Assembly: GCA_963836205.1 (NCBI GenBank)
Contig: CAWIIV010000014.1
Coordinates: forward strand, 1-64,000
DNA: 64,000 nt
Source of the DNA: an uncultured Acidimicrobiia bacterium
GTDB lineage: Bacteria > Actinomycetota > Acidimicrobiia > Acidimicrobiales > AC-14
Direction: 5' to 3'
The translations under genes were made by a program, and so were the position numbers. The notes under the pieces are model-generated. The model saw only the letters and a program-made list of their open reading frames with translations, ran no database searches and had not been told where the DNA came from. Positions 31,114 to 41,020 of this stretch are shown one piece after another; positions within the stretch are counted from its first letter, which is position 1; every line of letters starts with the position of its first letter.

Positions 31114-32604
31114 CTACGTCGAACCCAGGGCCTCAAGCAGTTGGGCCGGGGTTCGGCACGTCTCGAACAAGCTATCGACGTGTGCGGCGGTTCCCCTTAG
31201 CGGTTCCATCATCGGAACCCGCCGGAGGGGGTCGGTGCCCAGGTCGAACACCAGGGAATCCCAGTTGGCGGCCGCGATCGACGAGCCCCACCGCTGGAGG
31301 CAGCGACCGCGGAAGTAGGCGCGGGTCGAGCGGGGCGGCTCGGTCATGGCCTCGACGACCTCGGCCTCGGTCGTCAAACGCTCCAGGCCCAGGCGGGCGA
31401 ACAGCGACCGGCCGGGGCGGACGTCGTGGTATTGCAAGTCGAGCGCGGCCAGCTTGGGGTCGGTCCAGCCCAGGCGGTGGCGGTCCTTGTAGGCCTCCAC
31501 CATGCGCCGCTTGGCCACCCAGTCGAGCTGCCCGGCCAGCGACCACGGGTCGTCCTCGAGGGCGGTGAGCACCGCCTCCCAGCGATCGAGCACCATCCGC
31601 CCGACATCAGGACCGACCGCCTCCAAGCCTCGGCTCTCGGCGTACTTCTTGGCCCGGTCGAGCGTCTCCCACTGCATGTCGAGGGCCGTCATCCGGCGAC
31701 CGTCGGCCAGCTCCACCGGCCGTCGCAACGAAAGGTCGTACGACACCTGGCGGTGGGCGGGGATGGGATGGGCCAGGGCCAGGTCGAGGCCGAGGAGCTC
31801 GTCGTCCTCGATCATGGCCAGCACGATGGACGTGGTGCCGACCTTGAGGAACGTGGAGACCTCGGCCAGGTTGGCGTCGCCGACGATGACGTGCAGGCGG
31901 CGGTACTTGAGCGAGTCGCAGTGGGGCTCGTCGCGGGTGTTGACCAGGGGCCGCTTCAGCGTGGTCTCGAGGCCGACCTCCTCCTCGAAGAAGTCGGCTC
32001 GCTGGGTGAGCTGGAACGGCACGTCGGCCGACGTGACCCCGGGCGCCTCGGAGCCGACCTTGCCCGCCCCGGTGTAGATCTGCCGGGACACGAAATGGGG
32101 CAGGATGTGGTGCACGACCTTGGCGAAGGGCACGGCCCGGTCCATGAGGTAGTTCTCGTGGGTGCCGTAGGAGTTGCCCTTGCGGTCGGAGTTGTTCTTG
32201 TAGACGGCGATGGTCTGGCCGGGGGGCAGGACGTCGCACGCGTCCTCGATCGACCGGGCCAGGATGCGCTCGCCGGCCTTGTCGAAGCGCACCAGCTCCA
32301 GGGCGTCGGCGCACTCGGGCGTGGAGTACTCGGGGTGGGCGTGGTCGACGTAGTAGCGGGCACCGTTGGTGAGCACGGCGTTGACCAGGTGGGTCTCCAC
32401 CTCGGGTGCCGACGGCCCTTCCCGGGAGAAGCCGCGGGCGTCTCGGCCGGGCGACTCGTCCTCGAAGTCCCATGCCACCTTGCGCTGGAGGCGGGAGACG
32501 TAGGAGTTGATCAGCAGCGACGACGCCGTGATGGGGTTGGACTCCCCGCCCCGCAGGATGATCCCGTACTCGGTCTCGATCCCGCAGACCTTGCGAACAG
32601 CCAT
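31114..32604 (-). CDS. dop: Depupylase/deamidase Dop
   Basis: GIETEYG, LTNGARYYVDHAHPEYSTPE, AAANWDS, MMEPLRGT. Confidence 0.96.
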   Translation of the reverse strand: MAVRKVCGIETEYGIILRGGESNPITASSLLINSYVSRLQRKVAWDFEDESPGRDARGFSREGPSAPEVETHLVNAVLTNGARYYVDHAHPEYSTPECADALELVRFDKAGERILARSIEDACDVLPPGQTIAVYKNNSDRKGNSYGTHENYLMDRAVPFAKVVHHILPHFVSRQIYTGAGKVGSEAPGVTSADVPFQLTQRADFFEEEVGLETTLKRPLVNTRDEPHCDSLKYRRLHVIVGDANLAEVSTFLKVGTTSIVLAMIEDDELLGLDLALAHPIPAHRQVSYDLSLRRPVELADGRRMTALDMQWETLDRAKKYAESRGLEAVGPDVGRMVLDRWEAVLTALEDDPWSLAGQLDWVAKRRMVEAYKDRHRLGWTDPKLAALDLQYHDVRPGRSLFARLGLERLTTEAEVVEAMTEPPRSTRAYFRGRCLQRWGSSIAAANWDSLVFDLGTDPLRRVPMMEPLRGTAAHVDSLFETCRTPAQLLEALGST

Positions 32605-32659
32605 CGCGGGACCCTATCCCCCTACCAGGCCCATCGGGAACCGATGGGCCGGGAAACAG

Positions 32660-34432
32660 CTAGAGATACTGGCCCGTGCCAACGCGCTCGATGGCCCGGC
32701 CACCGGTGGCTTCCTTGCCCTCGGACAGGAGCGTGCGCACGTAGACGATGCGCTCACCCTTCTTGCCCGAGATCTTGGCCCAGTCGTCGGGGTTGGTGGT
32801 GTTGGGCAGGTCCTCGTGCTCCTTGTACTCCTGCTTGATGGATTCGAGCAGGTCGGAGGTGCGGATACCGCCCGTGCCGCCGGCGATCCGGCGCTTGATG
32901 GCCAGCTTCTTGGCCCGGCGGACGATGTTCTCGATCATGGCCCCGGACGAGAAGTCCTTGAAGTAGAGGATCTCCTTGTCGCCGTTCTGGTAGGTGACCT
33001 CGAGGAACCGGTTGGCGTCGTCGTCCATGTACATCTCGGCCACGGTGCGCTCGATGATGGCAGCCACCGCCTTGGCCGGGTCGCCGCCGCCCAGGGACTC
33101 CACCTCGCCCGCGTCGAGGGGCAGGTCGGCGATGAGGTAGCGGCTGAAGATCTGGGCCGCCGCCTGCTCGTTGGGCCGCTCGATCTTGATCTTCACGTCG
33201 AGCCGCCCGGGACGGAGGATGGCGGGGTCGATGAGGTCCTCCCGGTTGGAGGCACCGATCACGATCACGTTCTTCAGCGTCTCCACGCCGTCGATCTCGG
33301 CCAGCAGCTGGGGGACGATCGTGGCTTCCATGTCGGAGCTGATGCCGGTGCCCCGGGTGCGGAACAGGGAGTCCATCTCGTCGAAGAAGACGATGACCGG
33401 CCAGCCCTCCTCCGACTTCTCCCGGGCCCGCTGGAATACGAGCCGGATCTGGCGCTCGGTCTCGCCCACGTACTTGTTGAGCAGCTCGGGACCCTTGATG
33501 TTGAGGAAGTAGCTGCGGGCGTTCTTGTCGCCCGTTACCTCGCTCACCTTGTGGGCCAGGGAGTTGGCCACCGCCTTGGCGATGAGGGTCTTGCCGCAGC
33601 CGGGGGGGCCGTAGAGGAGGATGCCCTTGGGGGCGGGGAGCTTGTACTCCTCGAACAGGGCCCGGTGGATGAAGGGCAGCTCGACGGCGTCGGTGATGGC
33701 CTCGATCTGGTCGTCGAGGCCGCCCACGTCGGCGTAGGACACGTCGGGCACCTCTTCCAGCACCAGCTCCTCCACCTCGGGACGGGGCAGGCGCTCGAGC
33801 AGCAGCCCGGTGCGGGGGTCCATGAGGATGGTGTCGCCCGCCCGCAGCTTGGTGCCGATGAGCTTGTCGGCCAGCTCGACGACCCGCTCGTCGTCGGCCC
33901 GGCCGACCACCATGGCCCGCACGCCGTCGTCGAGGAGCTCCTTGAGGGTGACGACCTCGCCGCTGACCTCGGTGCCCCGAGCCATGACCACGTTGAGGGA
34001 CTCGTTGAGGACGACCTCCTGGCCCCGGACCAGCTCGTCGTCGTCGAGCTCGGGGTGGAGGGCGACCCGGATCTTGCGGCCGGACGAGAAGACGTCGACG
34101 GTGCCGTCGTCGTTGCGGGCCAGGAACGTGCCGTAGGCCGACGGCGGCTGGGTGAGCTTCTCCACCTCCCGGCGCAGCTCGGCGATGTGCTCGCGGGACT
34201 CGCGGAGGGTGTAGGAGAGCTTCTCGTTCTGGGAGACGGCCTGAGCCAGCTGGCCCTTGGTCTCCAGCAGGCGCTCCTCGAGGGTGCGGACCCGCTTGGG
34301 GGCGTCCTGGAGCTTGCGCCGGAGCTGGACGACCTCCTCCTCCAGCACCTTGACCTGCTCGAGCAGGGTGCCGACCTGCTGCTCGTAGGAGCCCAGTCGA
34401 CGTTCGTACTCGGAGTTGCTCGAGTGGACCAC
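32660..34432 (-). CDS. arc: Proteasome ATPase ARC/Mpa
   Basis: N-terminal coiled coil, [15 protein letters not shown]-terminal GQYL; GGAGGAG RBS. Confidence 0.97.
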   Translation of the reverse strand: MVHSSNSEYERRLGSYEQQVGTLLEQVKVLEEEVVQLRRKLQDAPKRVRTLEERLLETKGQLAQAVSQNEKLSYTLRESREHIAELRREVEKLTQPPSAYGTFLARNDDGTVDVFSSGRKIRVALHPELDDDELVRGQEVVLNESLNVVMARGTEVSGEVVTLKELLDDGVRAMVVGRADDERVVELADKLIGTKLRAGDTILMDPRTGLLLERLPRPEVEELVLEEVPDVSYADVGGLDDQIEAITDAVELPFIHRALFEEYKLPAPKGILLYGPPGCGKTLIAKAVANSLAHKVSEVTGDKNARSYFLNIKGPELLNKYVGETERQIRLVFQRAREKSEEGWPVIVFFDEMDSLFRTRGTGISSDMEATIVPQLLAEIDGVETLKNVIVIGASNREDLIDPAILRPGRLDVKIKIERPNEQAAAQIFSRYLIADLPLDAGEVESLGGGDPAKAVAAIIERTVAEMYMDDDANRFLEVTYQNGDKEILYFKDFSSGAMIENIVRRAKKLAIKRRIAGGTGGIRTSDLLESIKQEYKEHEDLPNTTNPDDWAKISGKKGERIVYVRTLLSEGKEATGGRAIERVGTGQYL

Positions 34433-34620
34433 CTCCTCCAGCCGGCTCCACGATGGGTCCTCGGGGCCAACATACACCGGACCCCCCGCAACGCCGACCG
34501 ATCTGACTCTGACTGGTTTTCCCGGCGATTTCCGGGTAAATTGTCTGTCAGACGACTTTCGCCACTTCAGGCGACACAGCAGGCGCCACATCGGGCGACG
34601 ACACGAGGGGCACGATCACC

Positions 34621-34860
34621 ATGGTCATGAAGGTCTGGATCGACCAGGATCTCTGCACGGGCGACGGCCTGTGCGAGGAGATCGCACCGGACGTGTTCAC
34701 CCTCAAGGACGACGGCCTGGCCTACGTGCGGGAGGGGGGCAAGACCCTCAACGGGAGCGGGACGGAGGCCCTGGCGGTCGTGCCCGCGGGCCAGGAGGAC
34801 GGCACCATCGAGTCGGCCGAGGAGTGCCCCGGGGAGTGCATCTTCATCGAGTTGTACTGA
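34621..34860 (+). CDS. Ferredoxin
   Basis: DQDLCTGDGLCEEIAP...EECPGECI. Confidence 0.92.
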   Translation: MVMKVWIDQDLCTGDGLCEEIAPDVFTLKDDGLAYVREGGKTLNGSGTEALAVVPAGQEDGTIESAEECPGECIFIELY

Positions 34861-34899
34861 TCGAGGACCGGCCGCCGACGCCGCGCCGGGCCGGCGTCC

Positions 34900-36357
34900 T
34901 TAGCCGCAGTCCCCACGCCGTGGTTCACGGGTGGGTGCGCCACCCAGGAGCGCCTTCACCAGGTCGCCCCCTTCGACGACCAGGTCGAACAACGCCCGGT
35001 CGAGGTCCTCGTCGGTCACTCGAATCGGATCCTCGTCCGACGCGTCGGCGGCGAACAGGGCCGCCTTGCGCAGGAGCTCCTTGACGAAAGCGGCGCTCAC
35101 GCCCTCGGTTCGCTCCACCAGCCGTCTGCGATCGACGAGGTCGAGCGTCAGCCCCCGGCTGTAGAGGTCGATGAGCCTCGACCGGCAGGCGCCGTCAGGC
35201 AGCGGCACCTCGATCGCCTCGTCGACCCGGCCGGGACGGGAGGCGAGGGCCGGCTCCAGGAGCTCGGGCCGGTTGGTCGTGAGAATGAACAAGACGTCGG
35301 CGTCGTCGCCGAGTCCGTCCATCTGGTTGAGGAGCTCGAAGAGGACGGCGTTGGTACCCGTGCCCTGGCGGGTCCGCTCCTCGGCCACCAGGTCGACGTC
35401 CTCCAGGATGACGGTTGCCGGCTGCAGGAGACGGGCCATGGCGCACGAGGCCTCGATCAGGCCGAGCGTCTGCCCGGTGAGGACGAGGACCGTGCGATCG
35501 GGCATCTGCTGGGCCAGGTACATGGCGGTGAGGGTCTTGCCCGTGCCTGGTGGGCCCCACAGGAGCAGTCCCCGCTTGAGATGCCGGCCGGCCGCCAGCA
35601 GGCGTTGGCTGAGCTGGGCGAACCGGATCGTCTGCCGTTCGATGCGCTCGAGGACGCCTGCCGGTAGGACGATGGCGTCACGGTCGATCGGGGCGAGCTG
35701 GTGGAACTTCACCTCCAACGGGCCCATCTGCTGCTTGACCAGCGAGACGACCCGTCCCCGGTACACGTTGCGACGGCGTATCCGCAGCCGGAGGTCGGCG
35801 AGGAAGGCCTCGGCCGCGGCCCGGTCGCCGGCCATGACCTCGACGACGGTTCCGCTCTGTCCATAGCCCCGGGGATCGGGGCCGCGGACCAGGACAGCGA
35901 GAGGTGCCTCGCCGTCGCCACCAGGCCGGGCGCCGATCAGGTAGAGCCCGAACTGGACGCAGGCGATCTTCTCGTCCCGGCCGGCAACCAGGTTCACGTA
36001 GTCGACCGGTCCCTCCTGGGGTGTGCCCTCCGCGAACAGCCCACCCCTGCCGGCTGCGGCCAGGTCGCCGAGGCCGAGGGCCAACATCGCCCGGTGCTGG
36101 ACGGACACGCCGAGGAGCTCGAACGTCCGCCCCGTCTCGCTCAGGTAGGCGTCGAGCGCCAGCTGCAAGTTGGGGTGGTCGTGCATCGGGAACTGCTCGC
36201 TGAGGATGGGGGCGCTCGTCGGGGGCCCGCCGAAATGGGTCGCCAGCCGGGCTCGGAAGAACGGCTCGGCCGCCGTCGCCTGCGAGAGGGACTGCTCCAG
36301 GAACCCCTTGAAGGCGTGGCCGAAATCACCCGCTGACAACATCTTCCCGTCGGACAC
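34900..36357 (-). CDS. AAA+ ATPase
   Basis: GPPGTGKT, ILEDVD, LLNQMDG, TTNRP, RPGRVD. Confidence 0.9.
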   Translation of the reverse strand: MSDGKMLSAGDFGHAFKGFLEQSLSQATAAEPFFRARLATHFGGPPTSAPILSEQFPMHDHPNLQLALDAYLSETGRTFELLGVSVQHRAMLALGLGDLAAAGRGGLFAEGTPQEGPVDYVNLVAGRDEKIACVQFGLYLIGARPGGDGEAPLAVLVRGPDPRGYGQSGTVVEVMAGDRAAAEAFLADLRLRIRRRNVYRGRVVSLVKQQMGPLEVKFHQLAPIDRDAIVLPAGVLERIERQTIRFAQLSQRLLAAGRHLKRGLLLWGPPGTGKTLTAMYLAQQMPDRTVLVLTGQTLGLIEASCAMARLLQPATVILEDVDLVAEERTRQGTGTNAVLFELLNQMDGLGDDADVLFILTTNRPELLEPALASRPGRVDEAIEVPLPDGACRSRLIDLYSRGLTLDLVDRRRLVERTEGVSAAFVKELLRKAALFAADASDEDPIRVTDEDLDRALFDLVVEGGDLVKALLGGAPTREPRRGDCG

Positions 36358-36522
36358 GGCCGCCTCCCTCGTTCGGCCGTCATCGTCCCACGGGTGTGCT
36401 CCCGGGCGGTGTCGGGGGCTCGCGCGCTGTGACCTGGTTGTTACACGGCTGAGAATGTTTCGTTGCCTTGGGGGCCGATGGTGTCGGTGTACAACTTCGA
36501 CGCCCTCGGGAGGTCAACCGTC

Positions 36523-37074
36523 ATGTCCGTTCCCCGACGTAGCACCGGTCTGCTGGCGGCCCTGGCGATTGCCGTGGCCACCCTCGCGTTCACCACCGCT
36601 CGGGCCGACGCCGGTCCCTCTTGCGGGATCACATGGGGCAGCCTGACCAAGACGGCAGGCGATCACGGCCCGGCGCCGTTGGGGCAGGTCCGGGCCGGGA
36701 GGCACGAGTGCTTCGACCGCGTCGTCTTCGAGATCGACGGGCCTGCTCCCGGCTACCGGGTCGGCTACGTCTCCCAGGTGCGGACCCAGGGCGAAGGCGC
36801 CGTGCTGCCGCTGGCCGGGGGTGCCTACATCGACGTCGTGCTGCTCAGCAACGTCTTCGACGAGCTGGGCCACCTGCACTACCCGGGCCGGGTCGGCGAC
36901 CGGCTCGACGTCACCGGCTACCAGACGCTGCGGGACGTGAAGTTCGGCGGCTGCTTCGAGGGCGCAACCGCCTTCGGGGTCGGCGTCCGGGCCCGGCTGC
37001 CCTTCCGGGTGTTCACCCTGGCCGGGCCGGGCTCCCACAGCCGCATCGTCCTCGACGTCGCCCACCGCTGGTAG
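36523..37074 (+). CDS. Secreted AMIN-like domain protein
   Basis: Signal peptide; VRAGRHECFDRVVF, FEGATAFGVGV, RIVLDVAH. Confidence 0.75.
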   Translation: MSVPRRSTGLLAALAIAVATLAFTTARADAGPSCGITWGSLTKTAGDHGPAPLGQVRAGRHECFDRVVFEIDGPAPGYRVGYVSQVRTQGEGAVLPLAGGAYIDVVLLSNVFDELGHLHYPGRVGDRLDVTGYQTLRDVKFGGCFEGATAFGVGVRARLPFRVFTLAGPGSHSRIVLDVAHRW

Positions 37075-37077
37075 GCC

Positions 37078-37482
37078 TCAGGACGGCGGGGTCACGTCGA
37101 GGTCGAGGGAGCAGGAGTTGATGCAGTAGCGCTGGCCGGTGGGGCCGGGGCCGTCGTCGAAGACGTGGCCCAGGTGCCCACCGCAGCGCTTGCAGACGAC
37201 CTCGGTGCGGCGCATCCCGTAGCTCTTGTCGACGTGGAGCTCGACCGCGTCGGCCACCGCCGGCTCGGTGAAGCTGGGCCAGCCCGTCCCCGATTCGAAC
37301 TTGGTGTCGGAGCTGAACAGCGGTGCTCCGCAGCCGGCACAGGTGTACATGCCGTCGTCCTTGGCGTGGACGTACTTGCCGGTGAACGGGCGCTCGGTGC
37401 CCTTGCCCCGCAGCACCTGATACTGCTCCGGCGTCAGTCGCTGGCGCCACTCCTCGTCGGTGATGGCCGCTTCATCTCCCAT
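37078..37482 (-). CDS. msrB: Peptide-methionine (R)-S-oxide reductase
   Basis: [33 protein letters not shown]. Confidence 0.96.
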   Translation of the reverse strand: MGDEAAITDEEWRQRLTPEQYQVLRGKGTERPFTGKYVHAKDDGMYTCAGCGAPLFSSDTKFESGTGWPSFTEPAVADAVELHVDKSYGMRRTEVVCKRCGGHLGHVFDDGPGPTGQRYCINSCSLDLDVTPPS

Positions 37483-37488
37483 AGCCGC

Positions 37489-38658
37489 TCAGCCTAGGCA
37501 GGGTCCGGTGTCTACTGGATCCGCCCGGGCGACCTCCAGCAGGGGCCGTAGCTCCTCGGCGCTGAGGGCGTAGGCGGTCGTGTCCCGGTCGGGGGCGATG
37601 GCGAAGGCCACCCCGACCACGTGGCCGTCCTCGTTTACCAGTCCCGCCCCCGAGTCCCCCGGGGCCAGGTCGGCGGCGAGGATGTAGACGCTGCGGCGGA
37701 CGACGTCGGTGCCGTAGAGGTTCCGTCCCACGGCCCGGACCTGCTGGCGGACCGACGCCGGCGACACCCGGACCTCGGCCTGTCCCTCCGGATGCCCGAA
37801 GACCGCCACCGTGGTGCCCACCGCGCCGTCGGCGATGGAGAGCGGCCGCTGGCCCAGTCCCGGCACCGACAGGAGGGCCAGGTCGCGGTCGGGGTCGAAG
37901 GCGACCGGGGTCGCCGCCAGCCGGGTGCCGTCGGGGCGGACGACGAAGGAGTCGTCCACCCCCGCCACCACGTGGGCGTTGGTCATGACCAGGTCGCGGG
38001 CCACGCTGAAGCCGGACCCGTCCCGCTCCGAGCGGCAGGCGGTGCCCTCCACCTTCACCGTGCTCGCCGTCACCCGGGCGACGGTGGCCGCCGTCAACGG
38101 TGTGGAGGCGGGCGGGGGGCCGGTGTCGAGGGACGGGAGGAGGCCGCCGAAGACCTGGGGGCTGGCCGCGGGCCCGGCCAGGCGGCGGAGGGCCTGGGAC
38201 GCGTTGGGGGGGTCGGGCAGGACGGCGTCGACCACGCGGGCCACCGCCGAGTGCCGGGCCAGGCGGGCGGGCGCCCCGGTGACGTCGGACAGGGCGGGCA
38301 GGACGAGGAGCCACAGCCCGAGCAGGACCACGAACGGCGCCGCCGCCGCCCCCGCCACCCGGTCGAAGGGCAGGTAGGCGCCGAGGGGGAGCTCGGCCCG
38401 GAAGCGGGTGCCCGCCAGCCGGCCCAGGTACTGGCCCCCGTAGCCGACGCCGACGAAGAAGAAGGCGCCGATGATGAGCCGGACGGTGGGGTCGGTGCCG
38501 CCCAGGAAGGTGACCACCGGCGGCACGGCCAGTGTCGCCAGCACCAGGGCCTGGACGAGCAGCACGCAGGATGTCCCCCCCGTGACCAGCCCCAGCCGGT
38601 GGCCGCCCACCATGGAGCTGACCACGACCGCCACCACGGCGAGGTCGAGAGCGTTCAG
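37489..38658 (-). CDS. MarP-like membrane serine protease (CvpA + trypsin domain)
   Basis: Four N-terminal TM helices; GSGF, TNAHVVAG, DLALL, PGDSG; start codon uncertain. Confidence 0.88.
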   Translation of the reverse strand: MNALDLAVVAVVVSSMVGGHRLGLVTGGTSCVLLVQALVLATLAVPPVVTFLGGTDPTVRLIIGAFFFVGVGYGGQYLGRLAGTRFRAELPLGAYLPFDRVAGAAAAPFVVLLGLWLLVLPALSDVTGAPARLARHSAVARVVDAVLPDPPNASQALRRLAGPAASPQVFGGLLPSLDTGPPPASTPLTAATVARVTASTVKVEGTACRSERDGSGFSVARDLVMTNAHVVAGVDDSFVVRPDGTRLAATPVAFDPDRDLALLSVPGLGQRPLSIADGAVGTTVAVFGHPEGQAEVRVSPASVRQQVRAVGRNLYGTDVVRRSVYILAADLAPGDSGAGLVNEDGHVVGVAFAIAPDRDTTAYALSAEELRPLLEVARADPVDTGPCLG

Positions 38659-39572
38659 TTCTCGGGCACCGGCGGGTCGTCGCCGGGCACCGGCGGGTCG
38701 TCGTCCGGCAAAGGCTGGGCGTCGTCCGGCAAAGGCTGGGCGTCGTCGGGCACCGGTGGAATGTCGGCCATCCGGAGGGAGCTGTCGGGCACCAACAACC
38801 GGGCCGAGGTGAGGAAGCCGGTGTGGGCCACCATGCGGTGGTCGGGGCGCACCGACTGGCCGGCCACGTGCCACGACCGCTGGAGGACCTCGATCGTCTG
38901 GGCCAGGCCGAAGGCGCTCGCGTCCAGCGCCTCGTGGAGCTGGGCCACCTGGCCGATGGTGGGCAGGTAGGACACGAAGATGCCGCCCGGGTGCAGGGCG
39001 GCCTCGGCATGCTTGACGACCCGCCACGGCTCGGGGAGATCGAGGACGACCCGGTGCAGGCCTTCCCCATCGGATGCAGCATCGTCGATCCCGTCGTAGA
39101 CGTCGCGCTCCTCGATCCGGTAGTCGACGTCGGGGCCGAGGAAGGCGTGGACGTTGCGCAGGGCGACGGCGGCGAAGTCGGCCCTGATCTCATAGCCGGT
39201 GACCGAGGCGCCGGCCTGCAGCATCGCCATCGACAGCGCCCCCGACCCCACTCCCGCCTCCAGGATGCGCACGCCCACCCGAACGTCGGCCAGCATGAGG
39301 AGGGGGCCGAGGTCCTTGGGGTAGACCACCTGGGCGCCCCGAGGCATCGACAGCACGAAGTCCGACAGCGTCGGCCGCAGGGTGAGGTAGCGGGCGCCCG
39401 AGGTGGACCGCAGGGTGGTGCCCTCGAACTGGCCCACGAACGAGGCGTGGGGGATGACGCCGGCGTGGGTGTGGAACTCGCCACCCTCGCGGAGGGTCAG
39501 CAGGTAGCGCCGGTTCTTGCTGTCGACCACCAGCACCTTGTCGCCGACCGCGAACGGCTCACCCGATCTCAT
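38655..39572 (-). CDS. trmI: tRNA (adenine-N1)-methyltransferase
   Basis: MPRGAQVVYPKD, EAGVGSG, LDLPEPW, RPDHRMVAHTGF. Confidence 0.94.
   Translation of the reverse strand: MRSGEPFAVGDKVLVVDSKNRRYLLTLREGGEFHTHAGVIPHASFVGQFEGTTLRSTSGARYLTLRPTLSDFVLSMPRGAQVVYPKDLGPLLMLADVRVGVRILEAGVGSGALSMAMLQAGASVTGYEIRADFAAVALRNVHAFLGPDVDYRIEERDVYDGIDDAASDGEGLHRVVLDLPEPWRVVKHAEAALHPGGIFVSYLPTIGQVAQLHEALDASAFGLAQTIEVLQRSWHVAGQSVRPDHRMVAHTGFLTSARLLVPDSSLRMADIPPVPDDAQPLPDDAQPLPDDDPPVPGDDPPVPEN
38664..38756. repeat. 21-bp tandem repeat (about 4.5 units) in the trmI 3' end
   Basis: GGGCACCGGCGGGTCGTCG(C/T)C x2 then CGGCAAAGGCTGGGCGTCGTC x2; encodes PDDAQPL/PDDDPPV. Confidence 0.85.
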
Positions 39573-39611
39573 GTCGGGACCATCTTGGTCGCGCGGACCA
39601 GGGCCGGTGGA

Positions 39612-39806
39612 TCAGCGGTCGGGCGGCAGGTGGGAGATGACGAGGCGCTCGCCGGGCTTGAGCTTCTCGGAGAAGACGACCTTCGGCTCCTTGGTCGCGA
39701 ACCGCTTGAGCGTCTGCAGGGCCCAGGCGGTGACCCCCACCGCCAGCCAGGCATTGGACTTGCCCAGGCCGCGGGCCAGCCCCAGCCGGCGCAGGCGGGT
39801 CAGCAC
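39612..39806 (-). CDS. Small hypothetical membrane protein
   Basis: Tightly coupled ORF; WLAVGV..SEKLKPGERLVISH. Confidence 0.65.
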   Translation of the reverse strand: MLTRLRRLGLARGLGKSNAWLAVGVTAWALQTLKRFATKEPKVVFSEKLKPGERLVISHLPPDR

Positions 39807-39807
39807 T

Positions 39808-40023
39808 TCACACCCGGCGAATCTCGACGACGGTGCTCTTCTTCTTCCCCCGGCGAACCCCAAGGAGGAAGACGAAGCCGATCACGCCGGCCGCGGCCAC
39901 CCCGACGAGGGCCTTGCCCTTCTCGACCACCGCCTCGCCCGTGTCCTCGACGTCGCCCCGCAGCTCGCGGAGCTTGGCCTCGATGTCGGCCCGGGTGATG
40001 CGTCCGTTCTCGCTGGCAGTCAC
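39808..40023 (-). CDS. Small hypothetical membrane protein
   Basis: ITRADIEAKLREL, TM helix, basic tail. Confidence 0.7.
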   Translation of the reverse strand: MTASENGRITRADIEAKLRELRGDVEDTGEAVVEKGKALVGVAAAGVIGFVFLLGVRRGKKKSTVVEIRRV

Positions 40024-40394
40024 GCCTTGGCCTTCTTCCGGTCGCGGCTGCCGGCCTTGACGGCAGCGCCCGCGGCCCCACCGGCGGCCACGAGCGTGAT
40101 CAGGTAGGGGACGACCGACCAGTTGCCGTCGAAGGCGTCGACGGTCTGGAGCAGGCGCAGGAGGCCGAGGACGATCAGGACCCCGCCCAGCCCCATGGCC
40201 AGGCTTCCGAGCAGGCCGTAGGCCACGAACCGTTGCAGGCCCTTGATGGGCTCGATGGTCTCCTGCTTGAAGTAGGCCACCACCAGCTGCCACAGGTCGG
40301 AGACGTCGGACAGGAAGCCGCCGTCGGCCGGAGCCTTGGACCCCTTGGCGGCCTTCTTGTCGCCGGCCGGGCTCCGTTTCGTGCGCTTGGCCAT
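40020..40394 (-). CDS. Two-TM membrane protein (actinobacterial holin-X-like)
   Basis: LVVAYFKQETIEPIKGL followed by two TM helices. Confidence 0.7.
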   Translation of the reverse strand: MAKRTKRSPAGDKKAAKGSKAPADGGFLSDVSDLWQLVVAYFKQETIEPIKGLQRFVAYGLLGSLAMGLGGVLIVLGLLRLLQTVDAFDGNWSVVPYLITLVAAGGAAGAAVKAGSRDRKKAKA

Positions 40395-40402
40395 GCGCGT
40401 TC

Positions 40403-41020
40403 CTATCCCCCCGTCAACCGTTGCGCAAGCACGACCGCCTCGTCCTCCAGGAGCGAAGCGACCAGCGCCAGCCGGTCGTCGGCCGGTCCCGACTCGAGCA
40501 CCCGCTGGGCGTCGAACGGGCCGAGCGGCGCCAGGGCCGCCGCCTGCCAGGCCGCGACCGCGGGATCGGCGTCGAGGACGACCGTGGCCGGGGTGGCCGT
40601 CTCACCCAGCTCGGCCTTGAGCGCGAGCACCCGCCGCAGGAGGCGCTCGACCTGGTGGCGACGATCGGCGGCCGAGGGTCCCGCGGGCTCGCCGCCGAAG
40701 GCGCTGACCTCGGCCCGGGGGTAGGGGTCGTCGGGGAGCCAACGGTCGACCCGGATCCGCTCCACCCCGACCAGGCCCAGCACCCACCGCCCGTCCGCCA
40801 GCTCGGCCGCCTGCAGCACCCGGGCCCGGGTGCCCACGTGGCAACGGACATCGCCCCCGCCCACCTCGCTCCCCCGCTCGATGAGGACGACGCCCAGCTC
40901 CCCGTCGCCGTCGATGCAGCGCCGGGCCAGCACCCGGTAGCGCGGCTCGAACACGTGCAGGGGCAGGATCATCGACGGGAACAGCACCGTCCCCAGCGGG
41001 AACATCGGCAGCTCGCTCAT
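40403..41020 (-). CDS. LON peptidase substrate-binding domain protein
   Basis: LPMFPLGTVLFP..LHVFEPRY, GVVLIERGSEVGGG, DDPYPRA. Confidence 0.9.
   Translation of the reverse strand: MSELPMFPLGTVLFPSMILPLHVFEPRYRVLARRCIDGDGELGVVLIERGSEVGGGDVRCHVGTRARVLQAAELADGRWVLGLVGVERIRVDRWLPDDPYPRAEVSAFGGEPAGPSAADRRHQVERLLRRVLALKAELGETATPATVVLDADPAVAAWQAAALAPLGPFDAQRVLESGPADDRLALVASLLEDEAVVLAQRLTGG

Noticed and set aside
36405-36500. TGTCGG hexamers as PafBC-dependent promoters (also near 53740 and 54228)
   Set aside because: None has a TANNNT at the required 10-nt spacing
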